Positions 35,872 through 46,840 of a DNA stretch of 64,000 nucleotides are shown here, piece by piece. This stretch comes from a virus. The DNA is taken from positions 1 to 64,000 of IMG/VR virus record IMGVR_UViG_3300032675_000009; one strand, given 5' to 3'. Position numbers and translations under genes: made by a program. The notes beneath the pieces are model-generated. The model ran no database searches. It was not told the origin of the DNA and worked only from the letters and a program-made list of their open reading frames with translations. Positions within the stretch are counted from its first letter, which is position 1. Every line of letters starts with the position of its first letter.

Positions 35872-38800
35872 ATGGACACTCAAAAAAAAACGGTCGTCCT
35901 TAGCAATCATGGAGTGGTCTTAAAAAAGGACCCTTCGCAACTTCAGGATGGTCAGTATCCGCAGTTACTGAACGTCACCAGCCTGCAGGAAGAGTCGCTC
36001 AGTATTCGTTTGGGATCTCGTAAATACCCTAACTCCGCCAGTCTCGGATTGATTGATTCGCTCGCCAAGCTTAGAATTGGGAGCACGGATTCAGCGAATC
36101 CTCGGTACGCATTCTGTGCTGGCAATCTACAGCGAATCACTGGGCCGTACTCAAGCTATACGCAGGTTAACGCCGGTATTTCACTGGGATCTGGAAGAAC
36201 CGAAGCGGTTCAGTACAACGCCGGATCCAGCGGCGATCCCTACATTTTTTTTGCGAACCCGGGTGTGATGCTGAAGGACAACGGGGCCTACGCGCCACTG
36301 CATCCGTGGGGATATTTCCCTCCGACCATACCGGTGACTCTTGGATTGGCCAACCCTTCACTCGCTGGATCCGAGGGATTGGTGGTGGAAACTACCCAAG
36401 CCGGCGGGTCGGCACGAATCAGTGGGGTCACCCTTTCGTCTGTTACCGAGGTCAACAATAACTACTACTCGTTCACCCCGAGCAGCATGAACAATATTCT
36501 TCCGGGAATGCTTGTGTTTGTCGGGGGAGTGCAGGTTTTGATTGATGGCACAAACGTGTCATCGTTTTTTGGGTACATGGCTACGACTCCTTCGCCGGGT
36601 GCATCGATCACTAGTTTCTACGATACTGTGATCACAAAGGTCGGCGGAGGAACAGTCAACCCTCCAGTGGCAGATGGCAGTGCCTACTATTCCCAGTACA
36701 ATAATGCCGTTGATTGGTCACTGAGTGGAACGGCGGCGAACGGTTACAGTTCCGACGACAATGTTCACGTTGGTATTAACCTATCCAGTATCACTGATGT
36801 GCAGATGGTTCAAGTGCTCGTGTTTGTCAATGGGTCGTCAACTGACTATTACGAAGCCACCCTCACTCTTCCTCAGTCCCAAGTAGCCGGGGCATGGTTT
36901 GAAGTCGATACGATGAAATCAACGTTTGTCGGAGTCGGGCTTGCTGGTAGTGGCGCGTATTCCTGGAAGAACGTGACTGGCGTTCGGGTCTTGGTCACCT
37001 CCAATAATGTTTCCGGAACCCCGACTTTCACGGCCTACGTCGGCGCCATCTATGCTCAGGGTAACCAAGGACCAAATTCTGAAGTAACCGGAGTGTCTCA
37101 GCCGTACAACTACCTGTATACCTTCCGTAATCCATTGACCGGCGCCGAAAGCAACCCGTGTGTTCCCCAGGTTCTCTCGAGCTACGTGAGTGTTCAGAAC
37201 CAAGCCGTCCAGGTCACCGTGTTTGGATGCGGTACGGCCAACCCTGGTGGGCAGCCGGACATTCAAGGCTTCGGCTCAATCGCAATTTACCGGGCCGGTG
37301 GCGTGTTCGCGGATGGATACTATCGCTTTGTCGGGTATAGCACTAATCCGGGGATTCTAGGGAACAACGTACCCAACTCAATCACCTTCGTTGACAATCA
37401 GGCGGATGCCGCGATTGCCACCAATCGGCTGATTGCAATGGACAACTACCCTCCCGTAGTGAGCAACCTTCCCATTCCGTTTGCTGGAACGGTGGCAAGC
37501 ATCACGCTGATTTCATCGGGCTCCTATGCGGGACTCTATCAGGTGTACCTGCAGGGCTACCCGGGGTACGGAACGACAGATCCGCAGTTGTCTACTTTCT
37601 TCGGACCAGGATCGACTATTTCGATTGGAAACGGGACGAATGTTGAGCAGTGCGTGGTGATCGTGGTGGGGGGCACCGTGGGCGCCGGCACGAACTACGT
37701 GACTGTTTTCCTGCAGGAGTCCCACTACGCGGGAGATCAAGTTACCTGCGATTTCCGAATCGGGCAGCCGTGCGATATCGCCCTTCAGGTGGCGGACAAT
37801 ATTCTGCTGGCCGGTGATCCCTACAACCCGCACGTTGTCAGTCTTTCCAAGTCGGGGAATCCCGAATCTTTCCCCGTGGAAGTATTGGCCACCGGCATCG
37901 TCAACCAAATGAACGTTGGCTCTCCTTCGAACCCAGTGTATGGACTTGTGGAGTTCAATGGAGAGATCGTTTCGCTTAATCAGTCTTCGGTCTACACGTT
38001 CTACTTGATCCAGGGTCAAATGACTCCACCGAACGCAAGTCCGGCGAATCGAGGAATGTTCGCCAAGCACTGCTGGTGCCGCGTCGACAACGCGATCTGG
38101 TATCTCAGCTACGACGGAATTTACGCATGGTCCGGCGGGGAAAGCGCGAAGGTTACCGAGCCCATCAATCCGATATTCACTGGGCAAACGATCAATGGCT
38201 ATGTTCCATTGGATTACACCACGTTTACATCAGGGACGGTCGCCCCGTTCTCGATGTCCTATTACGAGAACTACGTCTGGGTGACTTACATCGGAACCGA
38301 TGCCAAGAAATACACCATGCGGTACAGCACGATCTACAAGCGCTGGGAACCCATCGGCATCGGCAGTTACGGATCTGGCTCTTCGGGGTACTACATAAGC
38401 GCCATGTTGACCGAGCAGGACACCGGCCGACTAATTGCCGGCGTCTATGAAAACTCCGGTCCGGCCGCATATCTGTACCAGATGGAAAGCGGCACCACCG
38501 ACGCCAACGATGGCGGCGCCACTGATGGAATTGATATCGCCTGGAGCGTACAGACGCCAAACTACACCCTTGGTGATCCAGGAGTCCGCAAGCAGTTTAC
38601 CGACATTTTGGTCGAAGTTGAAAACGTATACGAAAACATTCAGGTATCAGTGTACGAGGATAACTCTTCAACGCCGACTACGGAAACCACAATCACCACC
38701 GGCATACGTCGCGTGGTTCCAATCCCACTGAATCTTGATGGATCAAATTACGCCAATGGCTTCGAAGCGTACGCCGTGTCCTTCTTGTTCTCTGGCGCCA

Positions 38801-41715
38801 CAGCCAATACGATCGTCCTGCACTCCCTACAGATCTTCTTCAATCCACTGGCGCCTATTCAGCAGGGCCGCATTATGGATTGGTCCGATATCGGACATCC
38901 GTACGACAAGCGGCTGTATGAGGTGACGATCGAGTACAACACGTACGGGCAAAGCGGTGGCGTCCTGTTCGCGATTGACACGTTGAGTGGAATCAATGGA
39001 AACACCTACAACGCGGCGGTCCAGACCTTTACCCTGACAGGAAATCAGCGTAGCAAAATCACCATACCGATCGTCGACGGGACGATCGCCAAGATGGTTC
39101 GCCTTCGGAGCGTTGCCACTGGAGTGAACTACCAAGTGTTCAGCGTGTCTTGGCACAAAGAAAATTACCCGGCCGACACGACGCTCTTCACTGAGTACAG
39201 TGATGTTGGGTATCCCTACCAGAAGTACGTTCAGCAGGTTGTGTTCGACGTTAACACCAACGGTGTTGCCATCCCGGTTGGAATCGATACGGATGGAACA
39301 ATTGCTGAGACCTTGAGTGTCACGGCAACACTGGACACTCGCAAGCAAATATTCACGCTCAACCCAGCGCTCCCGGCGTTCAATATTCGCATTCTCATCA
39401 ACCCGGCAAACATACCGGCCGGCGGCCAGTTTCAATTGTGGTCTGTAAATTACATCGTTCAACCGGTGAATAAAGGCCCAGTGGGACACTCATTCGGCTG
39501 GGACGACCTTGGTCACCTGTACGACAAGAAGCTTCAAACCGTGACATTCGAGTGGGAGAATGCCGGATCTGGAGTTGTGATCAACGTAGACACTTTATCG
39601 GGTATCAATGGGGGGACAGACACAACAGCCGCCATGACGTTCACGCTTACCGGGAATGGTCGATCAAAAAAAACCTTTCCGATTCCGGACGGAATGATCG
39701 TAAAAATGGTCAAGGTATACCCGGCCACCTCGTTGAGTTCGATGACTAATTTCAACATCTGGGGGTATCACTTCACGAAGATTGACTATCCACCAGACAC
39801 TGTAAACTTCACGGACTGGGACGACTTCGGCTACGAGCATCTCAAAATCATTCAGGAGATCGCCTTTGATGTCGACACAAATGGAGTCTCTGCGTCTGTT
39901 CAAATTCTGTCGGATCAGGGGCAGAGCCAAACCTTAACCGTGACGGCGACGAACTCGACTCGAGAACAGATCGTAACCTTAAACCCGGAAATTGTCGGGA
40001 AGAAGTTTCAGTTGCTAATTACACCCGGATCCGGCGGAAAGTTCCAACTCTTCGGATGGAAACCAAAATTTGAGAAGCAGGATCCCGGCCCCGTGTCTCA
40101 CAGTTTTTCCTGGGATGACCTTGGACACATCTACGATAAGAAATTGATCACGGTAGCCTTTGAGTGGCAAAACGCCGGCTCGGGGGTGGTAATGCAAATG
40201 GACACGCTTACTGGGATCGGCGGGAACACTCAGAACACAGCAGTGCAGACGTTCACGCTGACTGGCAATGGGCGCGCCAAGGCCAACTTCCCGATCAGTA
40301 ACGGCGTCATCGCCAAGATGGTAAGGGTTTATCCCCAGACGTCTTCAATTCCCTCAAACTTCGGAATCTGGGGATACAAATTCACAAAGATCGACTATCC
40401 GCCGGACACCGTGTATTTCACCGAATGGAACGATTTTGGCTATGAACACGAGAAGATCATCCAGGAAATCGCATTTGATGTGGACACGAATAATGTCGCT
40501 GCTGCGGTGGAGATTGTTTCCGACGAGGGAACAACACAGACGGTCAACATCACGTCGACCAATGGAACACGCGATCAGATCGTAACCTTAAACCCGGAAA
40601 TTGTCGGGAAGAAGTTTCAGTTGCTAATTACACCCGGATCCGGCGGAAAGTTCCAGTTGTTCGACTGGAAACCAAAGTTCATCAAAAACGACCCGGGGCC
40701 TGTCGAGCATTCCTTTTCCTGGGATGACCTCGGATGGCCTTACGACAAGCTACTGCAGACGGTGGTGATCGAGTATGACGTCAAGGGAAGCCCGGTGACC
40801 ATGCACATGGACACAATAACCGGCGATGGCACCGTTCAGAACATCAACGTCCAGCAGTTTCTACTCAAGGGCCCTACCGCAAGCGGAGCAGTAGGCAGAA
40901 GCAAGGTGTCGTTCCCGATCACCGCTGGTACGATCGCCAAAATGGTTCGGCTGTATCCGGTTTCGGACACGACCCTTTTCCAGATGTGGGGCTACAAGTT
41001 CACCAAGGTAGACTACCCGCCGGACACCGTACTATCAACGGATTGGGAAGACCTTGGGTATGGATGCGACAAGGTATTCCGCGTCTTAACGATCGACGCT
41101 GACACTGGAGGTATTCCAGCTACTGTAAACTTCCAGGTCGACGGGGTGACTCGGTATACGTTTACCATGACGACCACTTCGATTGACCGACAGAGGATTA
41201 TCACGTTGCCGTCGAATCCGGGAGAAATCATGGGTAGAATGGCGCGCTTGGTATTCACGCCCGGGGCAGGTGGGAAGTTTCAGTTGTTCAGCAAGCAGTA
41301 TCAAATCGTGCGCGAACCGTGTGCAGTCACCCAGATAGACACGTTGTCGATTGTTCTCGGACAGGCCGGTTGGAAGTTCATCAAGCAAATCTGGATGGAG
41401 TATGTATCTGCCGTTCCTGTCACGTTTTCTATTTTCACGGACAACAACCAAGTGTTTTACACCGCAACGCTTCCAGCCCAAACCTTTCGGGATGTCCAGC
41501 GCTTTTATCTCCCCAACATCAACGAGGCGAACGGTGTTGTCAATAAGTCAAAGCGCTATAGGTTCTTACTGGCGCCGATTGACGGAGTGACTCCTTTCAA
41601 GTTTTATTACGATGGTAGTCGCATTGAGTACCGGGCGCTCGCAGGAGATCAACGAACGGCGTACCAGCAATTTGTTTTCTCTGAAACCCTAAGCCCAACC
41701 GGCAGCGGAACCTAA
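35872..41715 (+). CDS. tail nozzle/stabilisation-like protein with C-terminal tandem domains
   Basis: Propeller-like section (SKSGNPESFP, WYLSYDGIY), KQF..I.V, then about four ~203-aa repeats. Confidence 0.65.
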   Translation: MDTQKKTVVLSNHGVVLKKDPSQLQDGQYPQLLNVTSLQEESLSIRLGSRKYPNSASLGLIDSLAKLRIGSTDSANPRYAFCAGNLQRITGPYSSYTQVNAGISLGSGRTEAVQYNAGSSGDPYIFFANPGVMLKDNGAYAPLHPWGYFPPTIPVTLGLANPSLAGSEGLVVETTQAGGSARISGVTLSSVTEVNNNYYSFTPSSMNNILPGMLVFVGGVQVLIDGTNVSSFFGYMATTPSPGASITSFYDTVITKVGGGTVNPPVADGSAYYSQYNNAVDWSLSGTAANGYSSDDNVHVGINLSSITDVQMVQVLVFVNGSSTDYYEATLTLPQSQVAGAWFEVDTMKSTFVGVGLAGSGAYSWKNVTGVRVLVTSNNVSGTPTFTAYVGAIYAQGNQGPNSEVTGVSQPYNYLYTFRNPLTGAESNPCVPQVLSSYVSVQNQAVQVTVFGCGTANPGGQPDIQGFGSIAIYRAGGVFADGYYRFVGYSTNPGILGNNVPNSITFVDNQADAAIATNRLIAMDNYPPVVSNLPIPFAGTVASITLISSGSYAGLYQVYLQGYPGYGTTDPQLSTFFGPGSTISIGNGTNVEQCVVIVVGGTVGAGTNYVTVFLQESHYAGDQVTCDFRIGQPCDIALQVADNILLAGDPYNPHVVSLSKSGNPESFPVEVLATGIVNQMNVGSPSNPVYGLVEFNGEIVSLNQSSVYTFYLIQGQMTPPNASPANRGMFAKHCWCRVDNAIWYLSYDGIYAWSGGESAKVTEPINPIFTGQTINGYVPLDYTTFTSGTVAPFSMSYYENYVWVTYIGTDAKKYTMRYSTIYKRWEPIGIGSYGSGSSGYYISAMLTEQDTGRLIAGVYENSGPAAYLYQMESGTTDANDGGATDGIDIAWSVQTPNYTLGDPGVRKQFTDILVEVENVYENIQVSVYEDNSSTPTTETTITTGIRRVVPIPLNLDGSNYANGFEAYAVSFLFSGATANTIVLHSLQIFFNPLAPIQQGRIMDWSDIGHPYDKRLYEVTIEYNTYGQSGGVLFAIDTLSGINGNTYNAAVQTFTLTGNQRSKITIPIVDGTIAKMVRLRSVATGVNYQVFSVSWHKENYPADTTLFTEYSDVGYPYQKYVQQVVFDVNTNGVAIPVGIDTDGTIAETLSVTATLDTRKQIFTLNPALPAFNIRILINPANIPAGGQFQLWSVNYIVQPVNKGPVGHSFGWDDLGHLYDKKLQTVTFEWENAGSGVVINVDTLSGINGGTDTTAAMTFTLTGNGRSKKTFPIPDGMIVKMVKVYPATSLSSMTNFNIWGYHFTKIDYPPDTVNFTDWDDFGYEHLKIIQEIAFDVDTNGVSASVQILSDQGQSQTLTVTATNSTREQIVTLNPEIVGKKFQLLITPGSGGKFQLFGWKPKFEKQDPGPVSHSFSWDDLGHIYDKKLITVAFEWQNAGSGVVMQMDTLTGIGGNTQNTAVQTFTLTGNGRAKANFPISNGVIAKMVRVYPQTSSIPSNFGIWGYKFTKIDYPPDTVYFTEWNDFGYEHEKIIQEIAFDVDTNNVAAAVEIVSDEGTTQTVNITSTNGTRDQIVTLNPEIVGKKFQLLITPGSGGKFQLFDWKPKFIKNDPGPVEHSFSWDDLGWPYDKLLQTVVIEYDVKGSPVTMHMDTITGDGTVQNINVQQFLLKGPTASGAVGRSKVSFPITAGTIAKMVRLYPVSDTTLFQMWGYKFTKVDYPPDTVLSTDWEDLGYGCDKVFRVLTIDADTGGIPATVNFQVDGVTRYTFTMTTTSIDRQRIITLPSNPGEIMGRMARLVFTPGAGGKFQLFSKQYQIVREPCAVTQIDTLSIVLGQAGWKFIKQIWMEYVSAVPVTFSIFTDNNQVFYTATLPAQTFRDVQRFYLPNINEANGVVNKSKRYRFLLAPIDGVTPFKFYYDGSRIEYRALAGDQRTAYQQFVFSETLSPTGSGT

Positions 41716-41716
41716 T

Positions 41717-43552
41717 ATGACGACGACTCCAAATCCTGCCCCTGGGTCAGTGCCGTCTGTTTCGAATGGTGCGGTAAATCTTCCGACTGTAACGTCGGCA
41801 GATATTCAGGATCCGAATCTAACTCGGCTGAATCGGGTTTTCAAGCTCATTGGAAACCTGCTAACCAATGTGACCGGCGGTAATGGGCCATTCACGTTCC
41901 TGTCAAACATTTCGGCGCCTTCGATATATAGCACCTTGGGAGATCCTTCGGCAACGCCAAGTGCTAATCAGTTCCTGACATTGGCGGCGGCTGAAAAAAT
42001 ATTTGGCGAGGGGTCGCAGGGCCCAGCCGGGCCGCCTGGTGCAATCGTAAGCACCGTTGAAATCGAAAGTCGAAAAGGGATAACCCTAACGGGCGCGACG
42101 CCAGCGGAGGTGGCTATTCTCCTGGGAGAGCGACCCTCGCTAAATTCATTCAATGGAGTTGGAGATGGGGCTACGGATAACCGAAACGCGCTTCAGTCTC
42201 TAATCAACGCCGTTAGTGCGATAGGCGGGGGAACAGTCAATATACCAGCCGGCAATTACCTATTGTCAAACTACGTGCTGGTCCCCGGAAATGTGTGGAT
42301 CGTTGGTTTCGGCGTGGCGTCACAATTGACGCGGGGCGGCGCGATTACGTCCGGATTCGGACTCCTCACGGTGCAGGCCGGATCCAGTAATGTCCTTTTC
42401 AGTAATTTTTTGATCGAAGGATCAACCCCAACGCCGACAACGGTTAACTATTCGTCGGTTGTATCTCCCGAGCAGGCGAACTTCATTGCGAATACCTCGA
42501 TCTGGATACAGCCTGGCGTGAGTGGATTCATGATGAATTCGGTCACGATACAGCACACCGGTGGATATTCGTGTTTCATTGATGTCCGCACCGCGACAAG
42601 TTCCAATTTCAAGTTCAACCAGTGTTACTTTACCAATAATCGGCCGTTTCTATTCACGGACGGGACCTACACCACCGGTGGATGGCCCGGCGGGATCTAC
42701 GTGTCCGGGGTGTGCTCCTCGGGGGCGCCGTACTATCTCAATGGCCTACGTGCAACGGATTGTCACTGGAGTAGAAACGCCGGAACATGCCTGTGGTCGC
42801 ATTCAAATGATTTCTATGTTCAGCACCTTCTCTTCCGTGTGAGTGGTTGCACGTTCGAGGACTGCGGGCTCGACGGCGTTCTCTTTGGCAATGTGGCCGG
42901 CGGCGGCGTGAGAGATTGCGATTTTCACCGGATCGGCTACACAACCACTTCGGACACATCGACACCGACGCCCGGATACATCCCCGGCAAGTACGCGGTG
43001 GCGATCGACACGGCTGGCTATGCGACAAACATCTGTCACTCCAACAACACGATGATGTCGATCAACGGCGGGGGATACGACCTAGACGGCATGCGGAATA
43101 GCGTTATCCAGGGCGGCAGTATGTACATTCCGTACCCAACCGATCCACTATACGGGACAGACAGCGTGTCCGAATTCGGATATTTGGTTCTTGGGGTTCA
43201 GACACAAGTAACCAAAGGAATCAACTTCGGGAACACCAATCAAAACGGGGCAGCTAACGGAATCAGCATTCAGGGAGTGCTCATCAACAACATGGGCGAG
43301 ACTGCGGTTTCCATGAGTTACGCAAAGTATTGCGTTGTTCAGGGTTGCAATATTACACATCCGGCAACGGCTCAGACGACACCGGTCGTCTACAACGGAA
43401 CTACCGGTGGCTCCCCGGCGGACGAATTTTATTGCTACCTGAACACCGTCACCGGAAACACATTCAACTACGCCGGCGGAAATTTTTGCGTCTCGGAACA
43501 AGGTGGCGAGTGTTCCGGCAATAACACGTACGGGAATATCATAATCGTATGA
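41717..43552 (+). CDS. beta-helix tailspike/depolymerase
   Basis: GVGDGATDNRNALQ.LIN....GG.VNIPAG.Y pectate-lyase-like cap. Confidence 0.75.
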   Translation: MTTTPNPAPGSVPSVSNGAVNLPTVTSADIQDPNLTRLNRVFKLIGNLLTNVTGGNGPFTFLSNISAPSIYSTLGDPSATPSANQFLTLAAAEKIFGEGSQGPAGPPGAIVSTVEIESRKGITLTGATPAEVAILLGERPSLNSFNGVGDGATDNRNALQSLINAVSAIGGGTVNIPAGNYLLSNYVLVPGNVWIVGFGVASQLTRGGAITSGFGLLTVQAGSSNVLFSNFLIEGSTPTPTTVNYSSVVSPEQANFIANTSIWIQPGVSGFMMNSVTIQHTGGYSCFIDVRTATSSNFKFNQCYFTNNRPFLFTDGTYTTGGWPGGIYVSGVCSSGAPYYLNGLRATDCHWSRNAGTCLWSHSNDFYVQHLLFRVSGCTFEDCGLDGVLFGNVAGGGVRDCDFHRIGYTTTSDTSTPTPGYIPGKYAVAIDTAGYATNICHSNNTMMSINGGGYDLDGMRNSVIQGGSMYIPYPTDPLYGTDSVSEFGYLVLGVQTQVTKGINFGNTNQNGAANGISIQGVLINNMGETAVSMSYAKYCVVQGCNITHPATAQTTPVVYNGTTGGSPADEFYCYLNTVTGNTFNYAGGNFCVSEQGGECSGNNTYGNIIIV

Positions 43553-44991
43553 GCTACGGAGAAATCATAAACGAGTCGGGCTCTGGAAGCTTAAGTACCA
43601 GGGTGTACAGTAGTTTGTCTCCGGGCATCACCGGCGGGCGCCAGCAAATCAATGTTCAGTGCGAGGGGTATGGATCCACGGCGGCGCTCAAGTGGTACAA
43701 CGTCACCGCGTCTGGATCTCAACAAATACTTTCACTGGCGGTGGCCGGCGCCAACGGGGGTCCGCTACTCAACGTCAGCGCGGGCGGAGCGGCTGGCACC
43801 GGTGCGTTTTCAACCGGGAATTTTTCTAGCATTGGAATAGCCAACTCTGTCACCACTCAGCGCTTATTCAGTATTGGGGGATTCATCGCGGCCGAAAATA
43901 CTGGAACAACCGATAGTGCGGCCGCGAACAGTCTCGAGGGGGCAAGCCACAATCCTGCCACGTATGGCCTATTGCAGTACACGGCCGGCGTGTGGCAGCA
44001 AAGCGTGGCGACTGATAGTTCGGCTCATCGCATCTGGACGACGCTTGGAGGAGGGGGCTCATCCGGGGCGGTTGATCTAGTGCAACTCAGCGATGGAAGT
44101 GGAGGGTTCACATCGTCAGTGAATCTGTTTTTCACTCCAGCATCTCAATTGCTGACGGTTGATGGGATAACGGCAACCGCCGGCATCTACGCAAGCAACT
44201 GCTTCATTCAGGCCGACCAAGGTTTTTACACTACCTCGTCATCCTCTACCGCGATTAATGTGCCTTCTGGCGGAGTAACTGCGCTGTCTCTGATTTCGAT
44301 ACGAAACGACGGAAGCCCCGGGTTGACAGTTTATGGCAATAGTTCGGCGGCCGTGTCTCTGAATATTCAGAACATTGTGAGCGGGGGGCGGTCGTGGATT
44401 CTGGGCACGGCGGGCACAAGCGGAGTCGCAGCGGTTGGCGACTTGTTCTTGTACGACGCAACAGCCGGGCTCACTCGACTCACGATGGATTCCACGGGCC
44501 TTTTGACTGTTGGAAACTTGACGGCACAGGGAATTACGTGCCAAGGCGTGTCGGCTAAAACGTACACAATCGGAGCCGCTGAGTATGCTTGGTGGAACGG
44601 AAGCGGCTATATCTACGCAGCAAACTCGACGACGAGCGGGAGTCCCTCATCTGTGACGATCAGTGGTGGTATCACCACGGCCATCACTTACGTGTCAGAC
44701 GCGACCATGAAAACCATTCTTTCCCGCCCTCGGTATGGCCTCAAGGATTTGGTCGGCCTGCAGGTGGCGGAGTATGTCTGGAATGATCAATCGCGCGCGC
44801 TGTACGGAAACCTTGGGACCGAGAGAACCATAGGATTTATTGCTCAAGACGTCAAGGATCGGATGCCTGACGCGTGCTTCCTTGATCAGTTCGGAAAAAT
44901 CGGATTTCACAAAGACGCCATTCTCGGGGCGCTGGTTAATGCGGTTAATGAATTGAAGCGGGAAATAGGTAAACTGAAAGGGCAAATATGA
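43549..44991 (+). CDS. tail fibre with C-terminal peptidase S74 chaperone
   Basis: SD..MK...Y.W...GFIAQDV...LVNAV.EL coiled end. Confidence 0.8.
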   Translation: MSYGEIINESGSGSLSTRVYSSLSPGITGGRQQINVQCEGYGSTAALKWYNVTASGSQQILSLAVAGANGGPLLNVSAGGAAGTGAFSTGNFSSIGIANSVTTQRLFSIGGFIAAENTGTTDSAAANSLEGASHNPATYGLLQYTAGVWQQSVATDSSAHRIWTTLGGGGSSGAVDLVQLSDGSGGFTSSVNLFFTPASQLLTVDGITATAGIYASNCFIQADQGFYTTSSSSTAINVPSGGVTALSLISIRNDGSPGLTVYGNSSAAVSLNIQNIVSGGRSWILGTAGTSGVAAVGDLFLYDATAGLTRLTMDSTGLLTVGNLTAQGITCQGVSAKTYTIGAAEYAWWNGSGYIYAANSTTSGSPSSVTISGGITTAITYVSDATMKTILSRPRYGLKDLVGLQVAEYVWNDQSRALYGNLGTERTIGFIAQDVKDRMPDACFLDQFGKIGFHKDAILGALVNAVNELKREIGKLKGQI

Positions 44992-45377
44992 AAAAGCCGG
45001 GACTGGTCGACGGAAAGTCCGCATTGAAAATTGGTCCATTAGGCTGTATCAACCTCATGGAGCTATTGACATTCAAGGGGCCGGCTTCCGAAAAGCAAGT
45101 CAGGCTTGACCTGCACGGATATTTCTCCAAGGAATTGAGGTCGTTCGGGGGGCGGATTGAATACGTCGAAAAGGATGGCAGTATTGGAATCAACTCGGTA
45201 CTGGCAAAAAAAATTGGCGAGGAGTCGGCGTCAATCCCCCTGTCCGGTAACGAATGGGCCGTTCTGAAATCGGTGATGTTGATGCCGGATCGGCCGGTCG
45301 GTATTTTTGAAACGTGGGATGATCATGTCTTGGCTCAAATCAAAGCTCGCGAAAACTCTCCGGCTCCGACTGCTTAG
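44988..45377 (+). CDS. hypothetical protein
   Basis: ATGA overlap. Confidence 0.6.
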   Translation: MKKPGLVDGKSALKIGPLGCINLMELLTFKGPASEKQVRLDLHGYFSKELRSFGGRIEYVEKDGSIGINSVLAKKIGEESASIPLSGNEWAVLKSVMLMPDRPVGIFETWDDHVLAQIKARENSPAPTA

Positions 45378-45450
45378 GGCGTCGTGGTCTATTCACGACA
45401 ACTGGCGAGACTGGTGCGGCCGGTAATGCTTTAGAATAGATGGCGAAGCT

Positions 45451-46038
45451 ATGACCGGACAGACCATAAACTCGCTCGGGGGAACGCTGTTCATCATTAA
45501 ACGGCCTCCGCAGGAAGCACTGGCTACAGTCTACATACGACTGAAGCAAGAAGGCCAGCTCGAGCGCGTATGGTATAGCCGGCCAACTAGCTTACTTGAC
45601 GTCCTGCAGTGGGCGGCCCTCCCCAACAATATTACCTACGCCGGCTGTTTTCAGAAGACCGGTTCGGACCAAGTAGAATTGTGCGGCATTGGCTGGATCA
45701 ACGAGGTGACCGCACTGGGCGTTGGTAAGTATCGGGGTGAGGTCGGCATGGCATTTCTTCGGGAATGGCAGTACGACAATATTCCATTGGAATTGTGCTC
45801 GATGATGATCGAGGACGGGTTTACTCACGAGGGCCTGGATGTGGTGTTCGGGACCACACCGGTGAAGAATCCGGCGGCGATTCGATTTGTAAAGAAGATT
45901 GGGTTTCGCGAGGTGGGGACTGCACCGCGCTTTGTTTCCTGGAAGGGCGAACCGTGCGACGCGTTGATATCATGCGTCACAAAAGAAGAATGGTTCGGTC
46001 AACGTGCATGTCCGGATTCGGACATGGAGGCGGCATAG
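45451..46038 (+). CDS. GNAT-family N-acetyltransferase-like virion protein
   Basis: TPVKNPAAIRFVKKIGF..VG motif B; position before ejection genes as in T7 gp13. Confidence 0.75.
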   Translation: MTGQTINSLGGTLFIIKRPPQEALATVYIRLKQEGQLERVWYSRPTSLLDVLQWAALPNNITYAGCFQKTGSDQVELCGIGWINEVTALGVGKYRGEVGMAFLREWQYDNIPLELCSMMIEDGFTHEGLDVVFGTTPVKNPAAIRFVKKIGFREVGTAPRFVSWKGEPCDALISCVTKEEWFGQRACPDSDMEAA

Positions 46039-46039
46039 C

Positions 46040-46837
46040 ATGGGTGGTCCAAGTCAAGCACAGACGCAGCAGCAAAATATCGCGGCACAGCAGAATCAAG
46101 AAGGTCTTGCCCTCGAACAGCAGTCGCTCAATCTTCAGCAGCAGGGCTTGAACGAAGAGCAGCCGGCCATTAACTATTACACGGCGCTTACCAGCGGGAA
46201 TCCGAACTTGGCGCTGTCTGCCGCCGCGCCACAGGTATCGCAGATTTCTAAGTCGGCCAACACCGCGCAGCAGCAGATCGCTGATACGATCGCGCCTGGC
46301 GCCGCGCAGCAGATCGCGCAGGGGCAGGTCATCCAGGGCGCCAATACCCAACTGGCGAACACGCTGAACACGACCGAGACATCGGCGTTCGACAAGCTGG
46401 CGAACTTGGGCGCGGGCATCGGCGCGTTCTCATTGCAGGACTTGGGCGCCGGCCTCGGTTCGGTGCAAAGTTCCGCGAGCAACTATGGGCAGGTGAGCCA
46501 AGAGCAGAACGCACAGAAGGCGAGCACACTTGGCCTACTCGGTGGATTGGCTGGAACTGGAGCATCGTTCTTCCCTACCTATTCTGATCGTCGATTGAAA
46601 GGAAATGTTGTGTTTATCGGCCGGATCGGGCCGGTCAACATCTACGAGTTCAAATTCATCGGCCAGTCGCACCGGGAGATTGGCGTCATCGCGCAAGAGG
46701 TTCACGCGATCTATCCGCAGGTGGTACATGTTGGCGGCGAGGATCCGGCCGTTGATCCTTGGACGGTTGACTACTGGGCGCTCAAGCGAATCATTGGGCA
46801 GTTCTACTCGGGGCGCGTGTTCGGGAAGGCGGCGTAG
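46040..46837 (+). CDS. DNA ejection protein with C-terminal S74 domain
   Basis: MGG start, Gln/Ala-rich, GLLGGLAG segment, SDRRLK.N...YEF...GVIAQEV. Confidence 0.75.
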   Translation: MGGPSQAQTQQQNIAAQQNQEGLALEQQSLNLQQQGLNEEQPAINYYTALTSGNPNLALSAAAPQVSQISKSANTAQQQIADTIAPGAAQQIAQGQVIQGANTQLANTLNTTETSAFDKLANLGAGIGAFSLQDLGAGLGSVQSSASNYGQVSQEQNAQKASTLGLLGGLAGTGASFFPTYSDRRLKGNVVFIGRIGPVNIYEFKFIGQSHREIGVIAQEVHAIYPQVVHVGGEDPAVDPWTVDYWALKRIIGQFYSGRVFGKAA

Positions 46838-46840
46838 GCC

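Noticed and set aside
39676-39691. Further palindrome copy TTTCCGATTCCGGACG
   Set aside because: Three mismatches to the consensus, so not counted.
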